Below, one piece after another: positions 38,391 to 47,987 of a DNA stretch of 64,000 bases (its first letter is position 1; each line of letters begins with the position of its first letter). The translations under genes and the position numbers were made by a program. Below the pieces are notes generated by a model. The model was not told where the DNA came from, ran no database searches, and saw nothing but the letters and a program-made list of their open reading frames with translations. Origin of the DNA: Candidatus Eiseniibacteriota bacterium (GTDB lineage: Bacteria; Eisenbacteria; RBG-16-71-46). The stretch is from the NCBI GenBank assembly GCA_963717505.1, contig OY970342.1:1632001-1696000 (forward strand), in the 5' to 3' direction.

Positions 38391-40694
38391 CTACTCCCAG
38401 CGGACGGAAACCGGCAGCGAACCGAACACGACTTCCGCGCGCCCGATTCCTGGCGGCGCCAGCACGATATCGGGTCGCGAACCCGGCAGGAGCGGCCGCG
38501 GCAGCGGCCCGCGCGGGACCGTGCCCGGGGGCAAGGTCAGCGCAGTCCACACCGGCACCGGCGTCCAGCGCCATTCGGCGCGTCCGCCGCGAATTCGGAA
38601 TTCGAGATCCAGGTTACCCCAGCGGGTCGGCAGCCCGCGGGCGCGCGCCCCGTTCCACCAGGCGCTCCGTGCGCCCGCGGTCAGCAACAGCGTGTCGGCC
38701 TCGTCGAACACCAGGCTGTTTCGCGCCAGCGTCAGGAGTGCTGCCGCCGACGTCGGATGCGGCGGCAGGTTGATGCCGAAGTCGCCGTCACGCGTGAACA
38801 GCTCGGCCCCCGCGCCGCTGGCGTTGCGCCAATAAACCAGCGAGTCGAGCACGCGCTCGGCGTCGTCGCGGCGACCGACCATCAATGCCCAGGAGCCGAG
38901 GTCGGCGGCGACGTAGCCGTGGTGGAGCGATTGCGTTCCGTAGAAGCCGAGGCCGACGCCGCCGGCGGCCGCCCAATAGCGCTCGGCCAGTGCCGCGATC
39001 CTCGGGTCGTTCGCGGGCAGGACCCGACAGGGATATCCGACCGCCAGATTCCCCCATTCCAACCCGGTGCCGCTCCACGAAGGGGGCACGTCGGCATGCC
39101 CGAGAACCGCGAGTGCTAAGGCGAACGTGGTGCGATAGCTCGCGAGCCGAAGGCGAACGTCGGCCGCGTCCTCGCGCCGGCCCGCGGCTTCCAGCAGGGC
39201 GGCGGCCGCGCGGTACCCGGCGATCGCCCAGGCGTCGGTTCCCACCAGCTGACCGCGAACCAGCTCGTTGTCCTTGGGATCGGCGGCGGGCATCAGATCA
39301 GCGACCGTGCCGTCGGCCCCGATCGCAGGGCCGCCGTCGCCGTTCCAGGAAGCTGTCGCGGACACAAGTTCCGTGCTGCGCGCCCGCTGCCGCTCGCACC
39401 ACGCGACCGCGCGCGCGGCGGCTTCCGCGTAGTAGCCGACACCGTGGTCGGGGCGGGGCCGCAGGAAGGCTTGTTCGTAGGCCCACAGCGCCTGCCCGGT
39501 GCCGTCGAGCTGCGCCTTCTGGCTGACGAAGGGACCGTGCGGCCACTGCCATTCGTCGAAGGCCGAAACCAGCTCGCGCGCTTCGCGCACGTATCCGTGA
39601 AGGGTCAACGCCTGCACGGCGCGCGCGGCGTCGCGCAAATAGACATCGCGGTAGTGAAAGGGGCCGCCGATCGGCAGCCAGCGTCCATCGCGACGCTCCC
39701 TGCAGCTCAGCAACACGACGCGGGCCGCACGGATCGCCGACTCGACCTGCGGATCGCCGAGCTCGAAGCTCGCACCGCGAGCGACTTCGGCGATCCAATA
39801 GGCGCGTGTCTCCTGAACTCGAATCACGTGCGGCACGGCGGCCCAGCGCTCGAGCTCGGCAGGGTGGGTCGGATACGCCGGAAGGACGAAGCGCGCGACC
39901 CGGGTTTCTCCCGGTCCGAGCACCCACGCGGTCTCCGCGCGCGTCCTGCGCGCCGGCAATTCGCTCCAGCCGAGGACGCTGTCGGCCGACTCGGAGCCCG
40001 GGACGTCGCGGGCGCTGGTCCAGCCCACGGCCGGGGTGCGCCCGTCGGAATCCAGCGCCACGAACGGTACGACGCCGTCGGCGGGCACCAACGTCAGCCC
40101 GAGTCGCGTGGCGTGCATGCCGCGCCCGTGGTGCGTGACCCGAACCTCGAGGCTCACGAACAGGTTCCGTCGATCCTGGATTCGAGGCTCCTGTGTGCGA
40201 GCGGCTCGCACCACCAGCCGATCGACTCGATCCTGGCCGAGGCTGTTGACGAGTGCTTCGCGCTCGCGGCGGGCGCGCGCGTCGATCTGCGCGTTCACTG
40301 CGCGGGTGATCGGTCGAGTGAGGTCTTCGGTCCACGACCCGGGTCCGGGCAGGGCGACGGCCTCGAAATCGAATCGCACCTGCCCTGCGAACCGCGTCCA
40401 GCGCGCGACCGGAAGCCAGCGATCCTCGAAGGCGATCGCGCGTGGGGGCGAGGCCTCGAGCCCGTCGGAAGAAGCTTCGATCCGTGTCCACCACTCGCCG
40501 TTGAACAGATGGCCTCCCGAGCTGACCAGAATGCTCCGGGTCGCGAGCGGGTGAGCCAGGGCCGCGGTGGGCAGGCGGAAAGCGTCGGGAACCGCGTCGG
40601 GACTGAAGTCGCTCGGTGGCGGCGGCATGGCCGAACACCCGGCAATCAGGGTCATCGCCAGGACCGAGACGAGCAAAAGCGGGAAAGGATGCAT
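38391..40694 (-). CDS. Putative lipoprotein with six-hairpin glycosidase-like domain
   Basis: Lipobox LIAGC; GGPFHYRDVYLRDAA, QLDGTGQALWA, C-terminal LPTRWG..L; family not resolvable by eye. Confidence 0.65.
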   Translation of the reverse strand: MHPFPLLLVSVLAMTLIAGCSAMPPPPSDFSPDAVPDAFRLPTAALAHPLATRSILVSSGGHLFNGEWWTRIEASSDGLEASPPRAIAFEDRWLPVARWTRFAGQVRFDFEAVALPGPGSWTEDLTRPITRAVNAQIDARARREREALVNSLGQDRVDRLVVRAARTQEPRIQDRRNLFVSLEVRVTHHGRGMHATRLGLTLVPADGVVPFVALDSDGRTPAVGWTSARDVPGSESADSVLGWSELPARRTRAETAWVLGPGETRVARFVLPAYPTHPAELERWAAVPHVIRVQETRAYWIAEVARGASFELGDPQVESAIRAARVVLLSCRERRDGRWLPIGGPFHYRDVYLRDAARAVQALTLHGYVREARELVSAFDEWQWPHGPFVSQKAQLDGTGQALWAYEQAFLRPRPDHGVGYYAEAAARAVAWCERQRARSTELVSATASWNGDGGPAIGADGTVADLMPAADPKDNELVRGQLVGTDAWAIAGYRAAAALLEAAGRREDAADVRLRLASYRTTFALALAVLGHADVPPSWSGTGLEWGNLAVGYPCRVLPANDPRIAALAERYWAAAGGVGLGFYGTQSLHHGYVAADLGSWALMVGRRDDAERVLDSLVYWRNASGAGAELFTRDGDFGINLPPHPTSAAALLTLARNSLVFDEADTLLLTAGARSAWWNGARARGLPTRWGNLDLEFRIRGGRAEWRWTPVPVWTALTLPPGTVPRGPLPRPLLPGSRPDIVLAPPGIGRAEVVFGSLPVSVRWE

Positions 40695-40787
40695 GGCCCT
40701 GGGGTTATCGGCGGTTGCCGGTCCCGGGTCGCGCCCTTATCTTGGATCGTTCTGCGTGGCACCGTTTCGTTCCGTGGGGGAGTCGGA

Positions 40788-41702
40788 ATGTTCGTCGAGG
40801 AGCACCTGGAGGAGCTTCGACGGGAGCGGTTCGCCCCGCTCGCGATAGTCCGCTACCTGCAACGGGTCGCCCGGCACGCGCGCGAGCACATGGTGGCCCA
40901 TCCCGGTGCGATCCGGTCGGTGTGGAGCCTCGCGCTGGGCTTCTTCGCGGCGGCGTTCCTGGCTGCGGCGGCCATGGCGCTGACCGACGACCGGTGGCTG
41001 GCGTACGAGTTCTTCCTGCACACGTCGCTTTGGATCCTGGTCGCATTCGGACTGGTGACGCTCTACATCGGGTTGCTTCGCGATCTCGACGGCTACTCCC
41101 TGTCGGCGATCAACGTGCCGATCGCTTTGTCACTGCTTCGGGTCACGATGGTGCCGGGGATCGTCCTCCTGCTGCTCGACCATCGCTTTGCACTCGCCAC
41201 CGCCGCCTTTGGGTTCGCCGCGCTGACCGACGTCGCCGACGGCTGGTTCGCCCGCCGCTTCGGGCAGATCACGCGGCTCGGCACCGTCCTCGATCCGATC
41301 GTGGACGTCGTGTTCAACCTGGGAGTGATCGGCGGACTGTGGTTCGCCGGCCTGGTCGGTCCGATCGTGTTTGCGGTTGCTGCCGTGCGCTACGCGCTGT
41401 TGCTGGTCGGGGGGGCCTGCCTCTACCTGTTCGTCGGCCCGGTGCGCATTCAGCCCACCTGGTTCGGCCGGCTGACCGGCGTGGTGGTCTCGGCGCTGAT
41501 CGGATTTCTGATCCTGCTGCACGCGTCCCCGGGTGCGTGGTCGTCGGCCCTGATGCCGCTCACCCGGATCGCGCTCGGCGTGCTTCTCGCCGCGACCGTC
41601 GCGCATGTGGTCGCACTCGGCTGGTACAACCTCAAGATCATGACCGGCCAGGCGACGCGGCGGGTCGTGGACGAGGTGCGCTGGGGCAGCGGATCGCGCT
41701 AA
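40788..41702 (+). CDS. CDP-alcohol phosphatidyltransferase family protein with N-terminal extension
   Basis: LSLLRV, LTDVADGWFARRFGQITRLGTVLDPIVD; multiple TM helices; RBS GGGAG. Confidence 0.88.
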   Translation: MFVEEHLEELRRERFAPLAIVRYLQRVARHAREHMVAHPGAIRSVWSLALGFFAAAFLAAAAMALTDDRWLAYEFFLHTSLWILVAFGLVTLYIGLLRDLDGYSLSAINVPIALSLLRVTMVPGIVLLLLDHRFALATAAFGFAALTDVADGWFARRFGQITRLGTVLDPIVDVVFNLGVIGGLWFAGLVGPIVFAVAAVRYALLLVGGACLYLFVGPVRIQPTWFGRLTGVVVSALIGFLILLHASPGAWSSALMPLTRIALGVLLAATVAHVVALGWYNLKIMTGQATRRVVDEVRWGSGSR

Positions 41703-41751
41703 GGTTCGCGTTTCCCGCCGCCGTGTCGTGCCACCACCCTCCGCGCGAGCG

Positions 41752-43887
41752 ATGACTTTGAATGCTTCGGTGCACCTGGCGCCCAACGTTCCCTGGATCC
41801 TGTTTGCGATCCTGACCCTGGCCGCGATCGGTCTCGGTCTCTGGGCGTATCGTTTCGCGATTCCTCCGCTTCCGGCGCTGGCGCGTCGCATCCTGCCCGC
41901 GCTCCGGATCGCAGCCCTGGTGGTTCTGCTCTGGCTCCTGGCCCAGCCGATCCTCGAGCGTCCACGCGCCGCCGGGGACCGGCTGCTGGTCCTGCTCGAC
42001 CGCTCGAGCAGCATGGAGCTGCCGGTCGAACCCGGGGGTACGGCGCGCTCGCGCGTCGCGGGGATCGCCGCGGAGCAGGTTCGCCGCGCCTGGCGCGGCA
42101 GCGCCCAGATCATTCCGTTCGCGACGCGCATGGCCCTCGACTCGACGAGCCGCATCGGCCCGGGGACCACGGCCTTGGGCGACGTGCTCGCCGAGATCGG
42201 CCGTCTCGGCGACGCCGAGGCGGTGGGTGCGGTGGTCGTGGTCACCGACGGTGCCGCCAACCAGGGCGCCGATCCGGTGGCGGCGGCGCGCACGCTCGGC
42301 GTTCCGGTCCACGGTGTGCTCGTCGGCTCCTCCCGGCTCGAGGATCGCGCGATCGCCGGCATCGAGACCTCCACCGGGGCTCGGGTCGGCCGGGCGACCC
42401 CCGTGCGCGTTCGAGTCACGTCGACCGAGCCGGCCGGCGATCGGTTCACCGTGCGGCTGCGTGACGGCACGCGCGAGCTGGGCCGCACGACGGTGGTTTC
42501 GCCGGGCTCCGGTGCGGAAACCGTGGCCGAGTTCGCGGTCACGCCGCTCAAGGCCGGTCTCGCGTTGTGGACCGCCGAGACCGACTCGCTGCGCGGCGAG
42601 CTGACCGGTGTCAACAATGCGCGCCAGGTGGCCGTGGAGGTGGCACCCGGGCGACTCGAAGTGGTGATCGTGAGCAGTGGGCTCAACTGGGACCTCGGGT
42701 TCCTGCGGCGCTCCCTGGTCGCGGATTCCGGGCTGGCGCTCGCCTCGTGGGTGCGCAGCGGTGACGACTGGAACCGGCTGGAAGGCCAGTCCCCGCGCGC
42801 TCCGGGACCCGAGGAGCTGCGCGGTGCGGCAGTCGTGATCCTCGACGGATTGTCGGCGGAGGCCGTCTCGTCCGGGTTCGATGCCGCGCTCCATGGCTTC
42901 GTACGCCGGGGTGGCGCGCTGATTGCGATCGGGGGTCCCGCGCCCGGGGTGGCGCGCTTCCGGACTGGAGCGTTCGCGAACGATCTGGCGTTCGACTTGG
43001 ACGGCGGCTCGATCGTCGAACGCGCGACTCCCGAGCCGGCTCCCGAAGCGGGCGAACTGATGGCGTGGGACGACGACCCGGCACGCGGCGATCGCGCGTG
43101 GCGGTCCGCGGCCCCACTTGGCGATCCGGCGCCGATCGTGGCCGGCGGCGGCGATCGGTTGCTGGTCCGTGCGGCCGACGGCGGACCGCCGCTGATGCTG
43201 GTGCGGCGCATCGGGCGTGGGCAGGTGTTGGTCGTGAACGGGACCGGATTCTGGCGATGGTCGTTGTCGGGAACCGACGAGCTGTCGGCCGAGCGATTCC
43301 GGCGGCTGTGGCGGAACCTGGTGCGGGCTCTGGCCGAGCCGGTCCAGGGCGAGCCGCTGCGGGTGCGACCCGAACGTCGGCTCACGCCGTATGGGGAAGA
43401 GGTTCGATTGTTCGCCACACTCCAGGACGATGCATTTCATCCGGTCGCGGGCGCCGAAGTCGTGGCCGAGCTGCGTGACGAGTCGGGAGGCTCGCGCCGC
43501 GTGGTGTTCGAGCCGGGTAGTCCGGGGAGTTACGTGGCGCGCGTCGATGATCTGTCGCCCGGGCGTCACGAAGTGAACGCGCGCGCGGTCCGCGCCGGGC
43601 GCGAGCTGGGTCGAGCGACCAGCGAGCTGGCCGTGGATCGTTGGAGCCTCGAGGCGGCGCGCGTGGTGCCGGACAGCGCGCTGATCGCCGCGGTGGCCAA
43701 GGCGTCGGGTGGCCAGGTGGCAACGGTCGAGCAATTGTCGCGCTGGACGCGCGGGCTCGAAACCCGCGCGCTGGCGCGGGCACGCACCGAATCGGTGCGG
43801 CTGTGGGAGTCGCCGTGGACGTTCGTGTTCGTGGTGGCGGCTCTGGGTGTGGAGTGGGCGTGGCGCCGGCGCCGCGGCCTGCCCTGA
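41752..43887 (+). CDS. Membrane-anchored vWA + Ig + GATase1-like domain protein
   Basis: Two N-terminal TMs, LLDRSSSM (MIDAS), VTDG, FVRRGGALIAIGG, FWRW, C-terminal TM ending EWAWRRRRGLP. Confidence 0.8.
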   Translation: MTLNASVHLAPNVPWILFAILTLAAIGLGLWAYRFAIPPLPALARRILPALRIAALVVLLWLLAQPILERPRAAGDRLLVLLDRSSSMELPVEPGGTARSRVAGIAAEQVRRAWRGSAQIIPFATRMALDSTSRIGPGTTALGDVLAEIGRLGDAEAVGAVVVVTDGAANQGADPVAAARTLGVPVHGVLVGSSRLEDRAIAGIETSTGARVGRATPVRVRVTSTEPAGDRFTVRLRDGTRELGRTTVVSPGSGAETVAEFAVTPLKAGLALWTAETDSLRGELTGVNNARQVAVEVAPGRLEVVIVSSGLNWDLGFLRRSLVADSGLALASWVRSGDDWNRLEGQSPRAPGPEELRGAAVVILDGLSAEAVSSGFDAALHGFVRRGGALIAIGGPAPGVARFRTGAFANDLAFDLDGGSIVERATPEPAPEAGELMAWDDDPARGDRAWRSAAPLGDPAPIVAGGGDRLLVRAADGGPPLMLVRRIGRGQVLVVNGTGFWRWSLSGTDELSAERFRRLWRNLVRALAEPVQGEPLRVRPERRLTPYGEEVRLFATLQDDAFHPVAGAEVVAELRDESGGSRRVVFEPGSPGSYVARVDDLSPGRHEVNARAVRAGRELGRATSELAVDRWSLEAARVVPDSALIAAVAKASGGQVATVEQLSRWTRGLETRALARARTESVRLWESPWTFVFVVAALGVEWAWRRRRGLP

Positions 43888-43934
43888 TCGCCGGGAGTCC
43901 CGGGTAAGGCCATCCGCCCCCGCGGAGCCGTCGG

Positions 43935-45587
43935 ATGACGTGGGGGAGAGTCGTGGCCGCCGTGGCGACGTGCGTGTTGGGTTCTGCGGCATTGGCGCCG
44001 CGTGTGCAGGCCGAGTGCGCGCCGCCCGGGCGCGCGATCGTCGCCGAGATCCTCTACGACGCTGCCGGCGACGACACCGGGCATGAGTTCATCGAGCTGT
44101 TCAACCCCACCGGCGCAGACTGCGCGCTCGACGGCGCACGCATCGAAGCCGGCGACGGCTCGGGTCCCGGTCGGTGGACCGCGCGCTGGACCGGCGGACC
44201 CAACGATCGCGTGGTGGCGGGCGGGCGTTTCGTGATCGGCGGCAGCTCGGTTCCTGCTGCGAATGCGGTCGCCGCCCTCGATCTCCAGAATGGCCCCGAC
44301 GCGGTGCGCCTCGTCTGGCCGGACGGTGCCTCCGAGGTCGTCGGTTACGGCACACACGAGTTCGCCGAATACGCGTGCGGCGTTCCCGCGCCCGATGCGT
44401 CCTCCGGCTTCTCGCTCGCTCGCGTGCCCGATGGCGCCGCGCGCGGATCCAACGCCGAGGACTTCCGTCCCGACCTGCCGTCCCCGGGGCAGCCGAACCA
44501 GGTGGCGCGCGACGCGGCGCTGGTGCCCGGGAGCCTGGCGCTCGAGCCCGCTCATCCGGAGTCCGGCGCGACCATGCGCGTGCGCGCGGCCGTGGTCTCG
44601 CGCGGGGCTGCGGCACTCGAAGCCGGCATCATCGCCACCAGCTTCTGGCTCGATGACCTCCTGCTCGGGACCTACACCATCCCGCGCGCGGTGACCGCGG
44701 CCGACACCGCGTGGAGCGAGATCACCGTGCCTTCGGGCTCGCCCGGAAAGCGGGTCCTGAGGGCGGTCATTGCCGCGATCGGCGATGGTGCCCCCGGCAA
44801 CGATCGCGATTCCGCGCGAGTTCGGATCGGCCGGGGTCCACTCGTGCCCACCGAGATCCAGTTCCATCCGGAACGCGGCGAAGGCGAGTGGATCGAAGTT
44901 CGCAACGCCGCATTCGAGTCCGTCGATGTCTCCGGCTTTCGCCTCGCCGATCGCACGGCGTCCGGAGCGACGATCGCGCCCGGCGCCTGGCTCGAGCCCG
45001 AGAGTCTGGCGGTCCTCTGTCAGGACCGCGCCGCGTTCCTCTCGCGATTCCCGGCACTCGATACCGCGCGTGTCTGGGAGGCGAGGCCCTGGGCGGCACT
45101 CAACAACAACGACGGCGGCGACGGTTCTGCCGACATCGTGCGTTTGATCGAGGTCGACGGCACTCCGTGCTCGGAAGACCCCTACTCGGCGGCGGGGATT
45201 CCCGATGGCGTGCCGCTCGAGCGCGGCCTCGACGGCAGCTGGGCGCCGGCGCTCGATGCGACGGGCTCGCCGCTCCGTCCACCCCGGCCGCCGGCGCCGA
45301 TCGCAAACAACTTCGATATCCAGCCGCGCCGGGTGAGGCCGGGGCTGCCGGTAACCCTCGAATGGGCGCTCCCCTGGCCGCGCGCCACGCTCGCGATTCG
45401 CGTCTTCGATCTCGAGGGCGGGTTTGTCGCTCATGCGGCGACCGCACTCGAAGCCGGCGCTCGTGGTGCCCTCGCGTGGACGCCGAGCGGCCTGGCGCCG
45501 GGCGTCTATGTCGTCTCGTTGCTCGCGCACTCGCCCGCCGGCGCTTCGGTTTCTGCGGCCCGGGTCCTTCAGGTGTCGGAACGGTGA
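43935..45587 (+). CDS. Secreted lamin-tail-domain protein (2x LTD, CARDB-like, CTD-like end)
   Basis: EILYDAAGDDTGHEFIELFN and EIQFHP..EWIEVRN; C-terminal IRVFDLEGGFV..LAW..LAPGVYVV. Confidence 0.82.
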   Translation: MTWGRVVAAVATCVLGSAALAPRVQAECAPPGRAIVAEILYDAAGDDTGHEFIELFNPTGADCALDGARIEAGDGSGPGRWTARWTGGPNDRVVAGGRFVIGGSSVPAANAVAALDLQNGPDAVRLVWPDGASEVVGYGTHEFAEYACGVPAPDASSGFSLARVPDGAARGSNAEDFRPDLPSPGQPNQVARDAALVPGSLALEPAHPESGATMRVRAAVVSRGAAALEAGIIATSFWLDDLLLGTYTIPRAVTAADTAWSEITVPSGSPGKRVLRAVIAAIGDGAPGNDRDSARVRIGRGPLVPTEIQFHPERGEGEWIEVRNAAFESVDVSGFRLADRTASGATIAPGAWLEPESLAVLCQDRAAFLSRFPALDTARVWEARPWAALNNNDGGDGSADIVRLIEVDGTPCSEDPYSAAGIPDGVPLERGLDGSWAPALDATGSPLRPPRPPAPIANNFDIQPRRVRPGLPVTLEWALPWPRATLAIRVFDLEGGFVAHAATALEAGARGALAWTPSGLAPGVYVVSLLAHSPAGASVSAARVLQVSER

Positions 45588-46354
45588 AGTCGAATGTCGT
45601 GGTGGTCGTGTGTGTCGGAGTGGTGGTGGCACTCGCGGGGCGCGGGCACGGCCAGGACTTTCCCGCGCCGGTTCCCCACGCCGGACCCGGTTCAGCCTCG
45701 GAATTCCTCGAGCGCGGTCTGCCGGCACTCGAGTCGTGGGACGTCTCCGTGGCCGGCGTGCGGCGCTTCGGCTTGGCCGAACTCGAGACTCGCGCGCTGT
45801 CTGCTCGCGCCGGATGGCGTTCGCTGCGCGCCGCGGCCGGCGTCTCGCAGACCGGGGGACCCGAGCTGGGGTGGTGGTCCTGCGGCTCGGCGGCCGGGTT
45901 CGCAACCGGTGCCGCCGGCGCCGGCGTGAAAGCGCTCGCGCGCCGCGACCGGGCGACCCCGAATGCACCGGCGTTCGAGGCCGGCGGTGGCGCGTGGATC
46001 GTGGTGGGTCGAGGGCACACGGTCTGGATCGCGCACCCGCAGGGGATGCAACGGGGCGCCTCACCGTTGTCGCGCGGTCTCGAGATCGGAGTCCGCTGGA
46101 CGCAAAACGATTTCGAAGTCTGGCTCGCCCGCGAGTCGGCGGCCGATGGCGCGGGCGTGGACCGGCACCGTGCCGGAGGCGCGCTGATCGCGGGTCCGGC
46201 GCGCGTGGTTCTCGAGCTGCGGGAGGCGCCGTTGCGCGTCAGTGTCGGGGTCTCGGCGCGCCGCGGTGGTCTGGGCGCCGCAGCGTCGGTCGACGAGCAT
46301 CCGATTCTCCCCGGCACCACGCGCCTCGGCGTCTCCCTGGGTCCAGCACCGTGA
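45584..46354 (+). CDS. Hypothetical exported protein, possible outer-membrane beta-barrel
   Basis: GTGA coupling at both ends; signal peptide; alternating-strand pattern; RFGLAEL motif; C-terminal HPILPGTTRLGVSL. Confidence 0.6.
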   Translation: MKSNVVVVVCVGVVVALAGRGHGQDFPAPVPHAGPGSASEFLERGLPALESWDVSVAGVRRFGLAELETRALSARAGWRSLRAAAGVSQTGGPELGWWSCGSAAGFATGAAGAGVKALARRDRATPNAPAFEAGGGAWIVVGRGHTVWIAHPQGMQRGASPLSRGLEIGVRWTQNDFEVWLARESAADGAGVDRHRAGGALIAGPARVVLELREAPLRVSVGVSARRGGLGAAASVDEHPILPGTTRLGVSLGPAP

Positions 46355-47808
46355 ACTCGAGCATCGCTCGGGTGACCCGCTCCCGCCGCGTCGCGACCCT
46401 GATCGGCTTTGCGATCCGACGCCTCGCATGTCTGGGGCTGATCGTCGGGCTGCCGGCCCTGGCGCTCGCCGAAGGCGAGCCTCTCGGCCCGTCGTTCGAT
46501 CCGCCCGCCGACGTCGAAGACGGACTCGACTTCGAGGTCGAGCGGGCCGACTCGCTCGATCAGGGCGCGCTCGAAGTCGGCGTCGGGTTCACCGGGCTCG
46601 GGGATCGCTACCGTCGCCGGCGCCACGTGCGCTTCAGCGGAGACAGCCTCGACGGCTCGGTGCGCGAGGGCAACGACGACGCGCTCGCCGGTTCCGATCT
46701 CGAAGGCGCGTTGCTGGGCGGATGGTTCGGAGTCGGTCGCGTGGCGCCGCGCTGGGGGCGTGGCCTTGCGGTCGGCAATCCCGCCTCACCCTGGGCGCGC
46801 GAGCCGCGCCGCACGATCTATCGCCGCAAGCCGAGCGAGGATCTCGCGTGGTACCGCCGGGCGCGCGGCCGCGCCCGCGTCGGCCTGCTCGCCGGTCAGA
46901 TCGAGCGCCGATCCCTGGCGGGCCTCGAACTGGGATTCGCGGAGGTTCATCTCGGGCTGACCGGGGACCGGGCGGGTCCGGGGCACGCAAGCGCCTGGTG
47001 GGTGGGGCCGACCGCAGGCGTCGAGCTGGTCGCGGACCGGCGCGGTCGCTGGCGCAGCGAAGTGGCGCTCGATCGCGCGAACCCGACCGGCATCCTGCGG
47101 TTGACCGTACGCGGCGGGTCGGCGTCCTACGTGCCGCTCGGCGACCTGCGGCGCGCCGGTCCCTCGCGCGCGATCGCCCTCGGGGCTCAACGCGCGTTCG
47201 GTGCCAACTCCCCGGCTCGTGTCGCGCTGTTCGTCGCCTTGTGGCGATTCGCGCCCGGCCTCGCGGGCGCTCGCCTGGCCGCGGAGTGGGACCAGGGATT
47301 CGCGAACGGCGGCCACCTCGTGGCCGGCATCGAGGAGCAACACGGGACGCGTCGCGATCCGCGCATCCACGTGACCGGCGCCCGCGCCGCGTGGCGCGAG
47401 CGCGAGGACCGGCGCCAAGGGCTGTGGGGCGAGTGGCGGTCCGGCCCCGGGCCGGTGGCGCTCGGGTTCAGGCACGAAGCCTGGGGCCAGCGCTGGGCGC
47501 GCGACGCCGTGCGTCACGTGGTCACCGCACGCGCCGAAACGCGACTGCTCGACTTCCTGCGCGTGCGCGTCACCCAGTCGGTGTTCCGCCTCGAGCGTGG
47601 CGAGCACGTCTACCTGCCGGAACCCGGCGCCGACCGTCTGGTGATGCGATCGCTGAGCGGGCGCGGTGAGCGCGTGCGGGTCGAGCTCGGTCTCCCCTTC
47701 GCGGGCGGCGAGCTGAGCGGGGCCGTGTATCGCACCTCCGGCGATCGGCCGGCGGGCGCGGAATGGACGCTGGACTGGACGCGGCGGGCGCGCATCCGCC
47801 GCCGCTGA
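46351..47808 (+). CDS. Hypothetical exported protein, possible outer-membrane beta-barrel
   Basis: GTGA coupling; signal-like N-terminus; amphipathic beta-strand pattern; WGRGLAVG motif. Confidence 0.6.
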   Translation: MNSSIARVTRSRRVATLIGFAIRRLACLGLIVGLPALALAEGEPLGPSFDPPADVEDGLDFEVERADSLDQGALEVGVGFTGLGDRYRRRRHVRFSGDSLDGSVREGNDDALAGSDLEGALLGGWFGVGRVAPRWGRGLAVGNPASPWAREPRRTIYRRKPSEDLAWYRRARGRARVGLLAGQIERRSLAGLELGFAEVHLGLTGDRAGPGHASAWWVGPTAGVELVADRRGRWRSEVALDRANPTGILRLTVRGGSASYVPLGDLRRAGPSRAIALGAQRAFGANSPARVALFVALWRFAPGLAGARLAAEWDQGFANGGHLVAGIEEQHGTRRDPRIHVTGARAAWREREDRRQGLWGEWRSGPGPVALGFRHEAWGQRWARDAVRHVVTARAETRLLDFLRVRVTQSVFRLERGEHVYLPEPGADRLVMRSLSGRGERVRVELGLPFAGGELSGAVYRTSGDRPAGAEWTLDWTRRARIRRR

Positions 47809-47987
47809 GGGGCGAACCGGCCGGAGTCTTGCTCGGGTGGCGGTGTCCGCGGCAACGCGCACGGCGATGGCGTTGAACCCGGCATCGCCGTGGACGAAGC
47901 GACCTCCGCGTGACCTTTTCGTGCGGGCGACGGCATCCCACGGCCGGCTTTCCGCGAGTCGAGGAACGCCCCCGCAGGAGCACTCTG

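Noticed and set aside
39444-40787. Apparent long N-terminal fusion on the CDP-alcohol transferase (752-aa ORF)
   Set aside because: This is the antisense of 38391..40694. The real start is ATG 40788.
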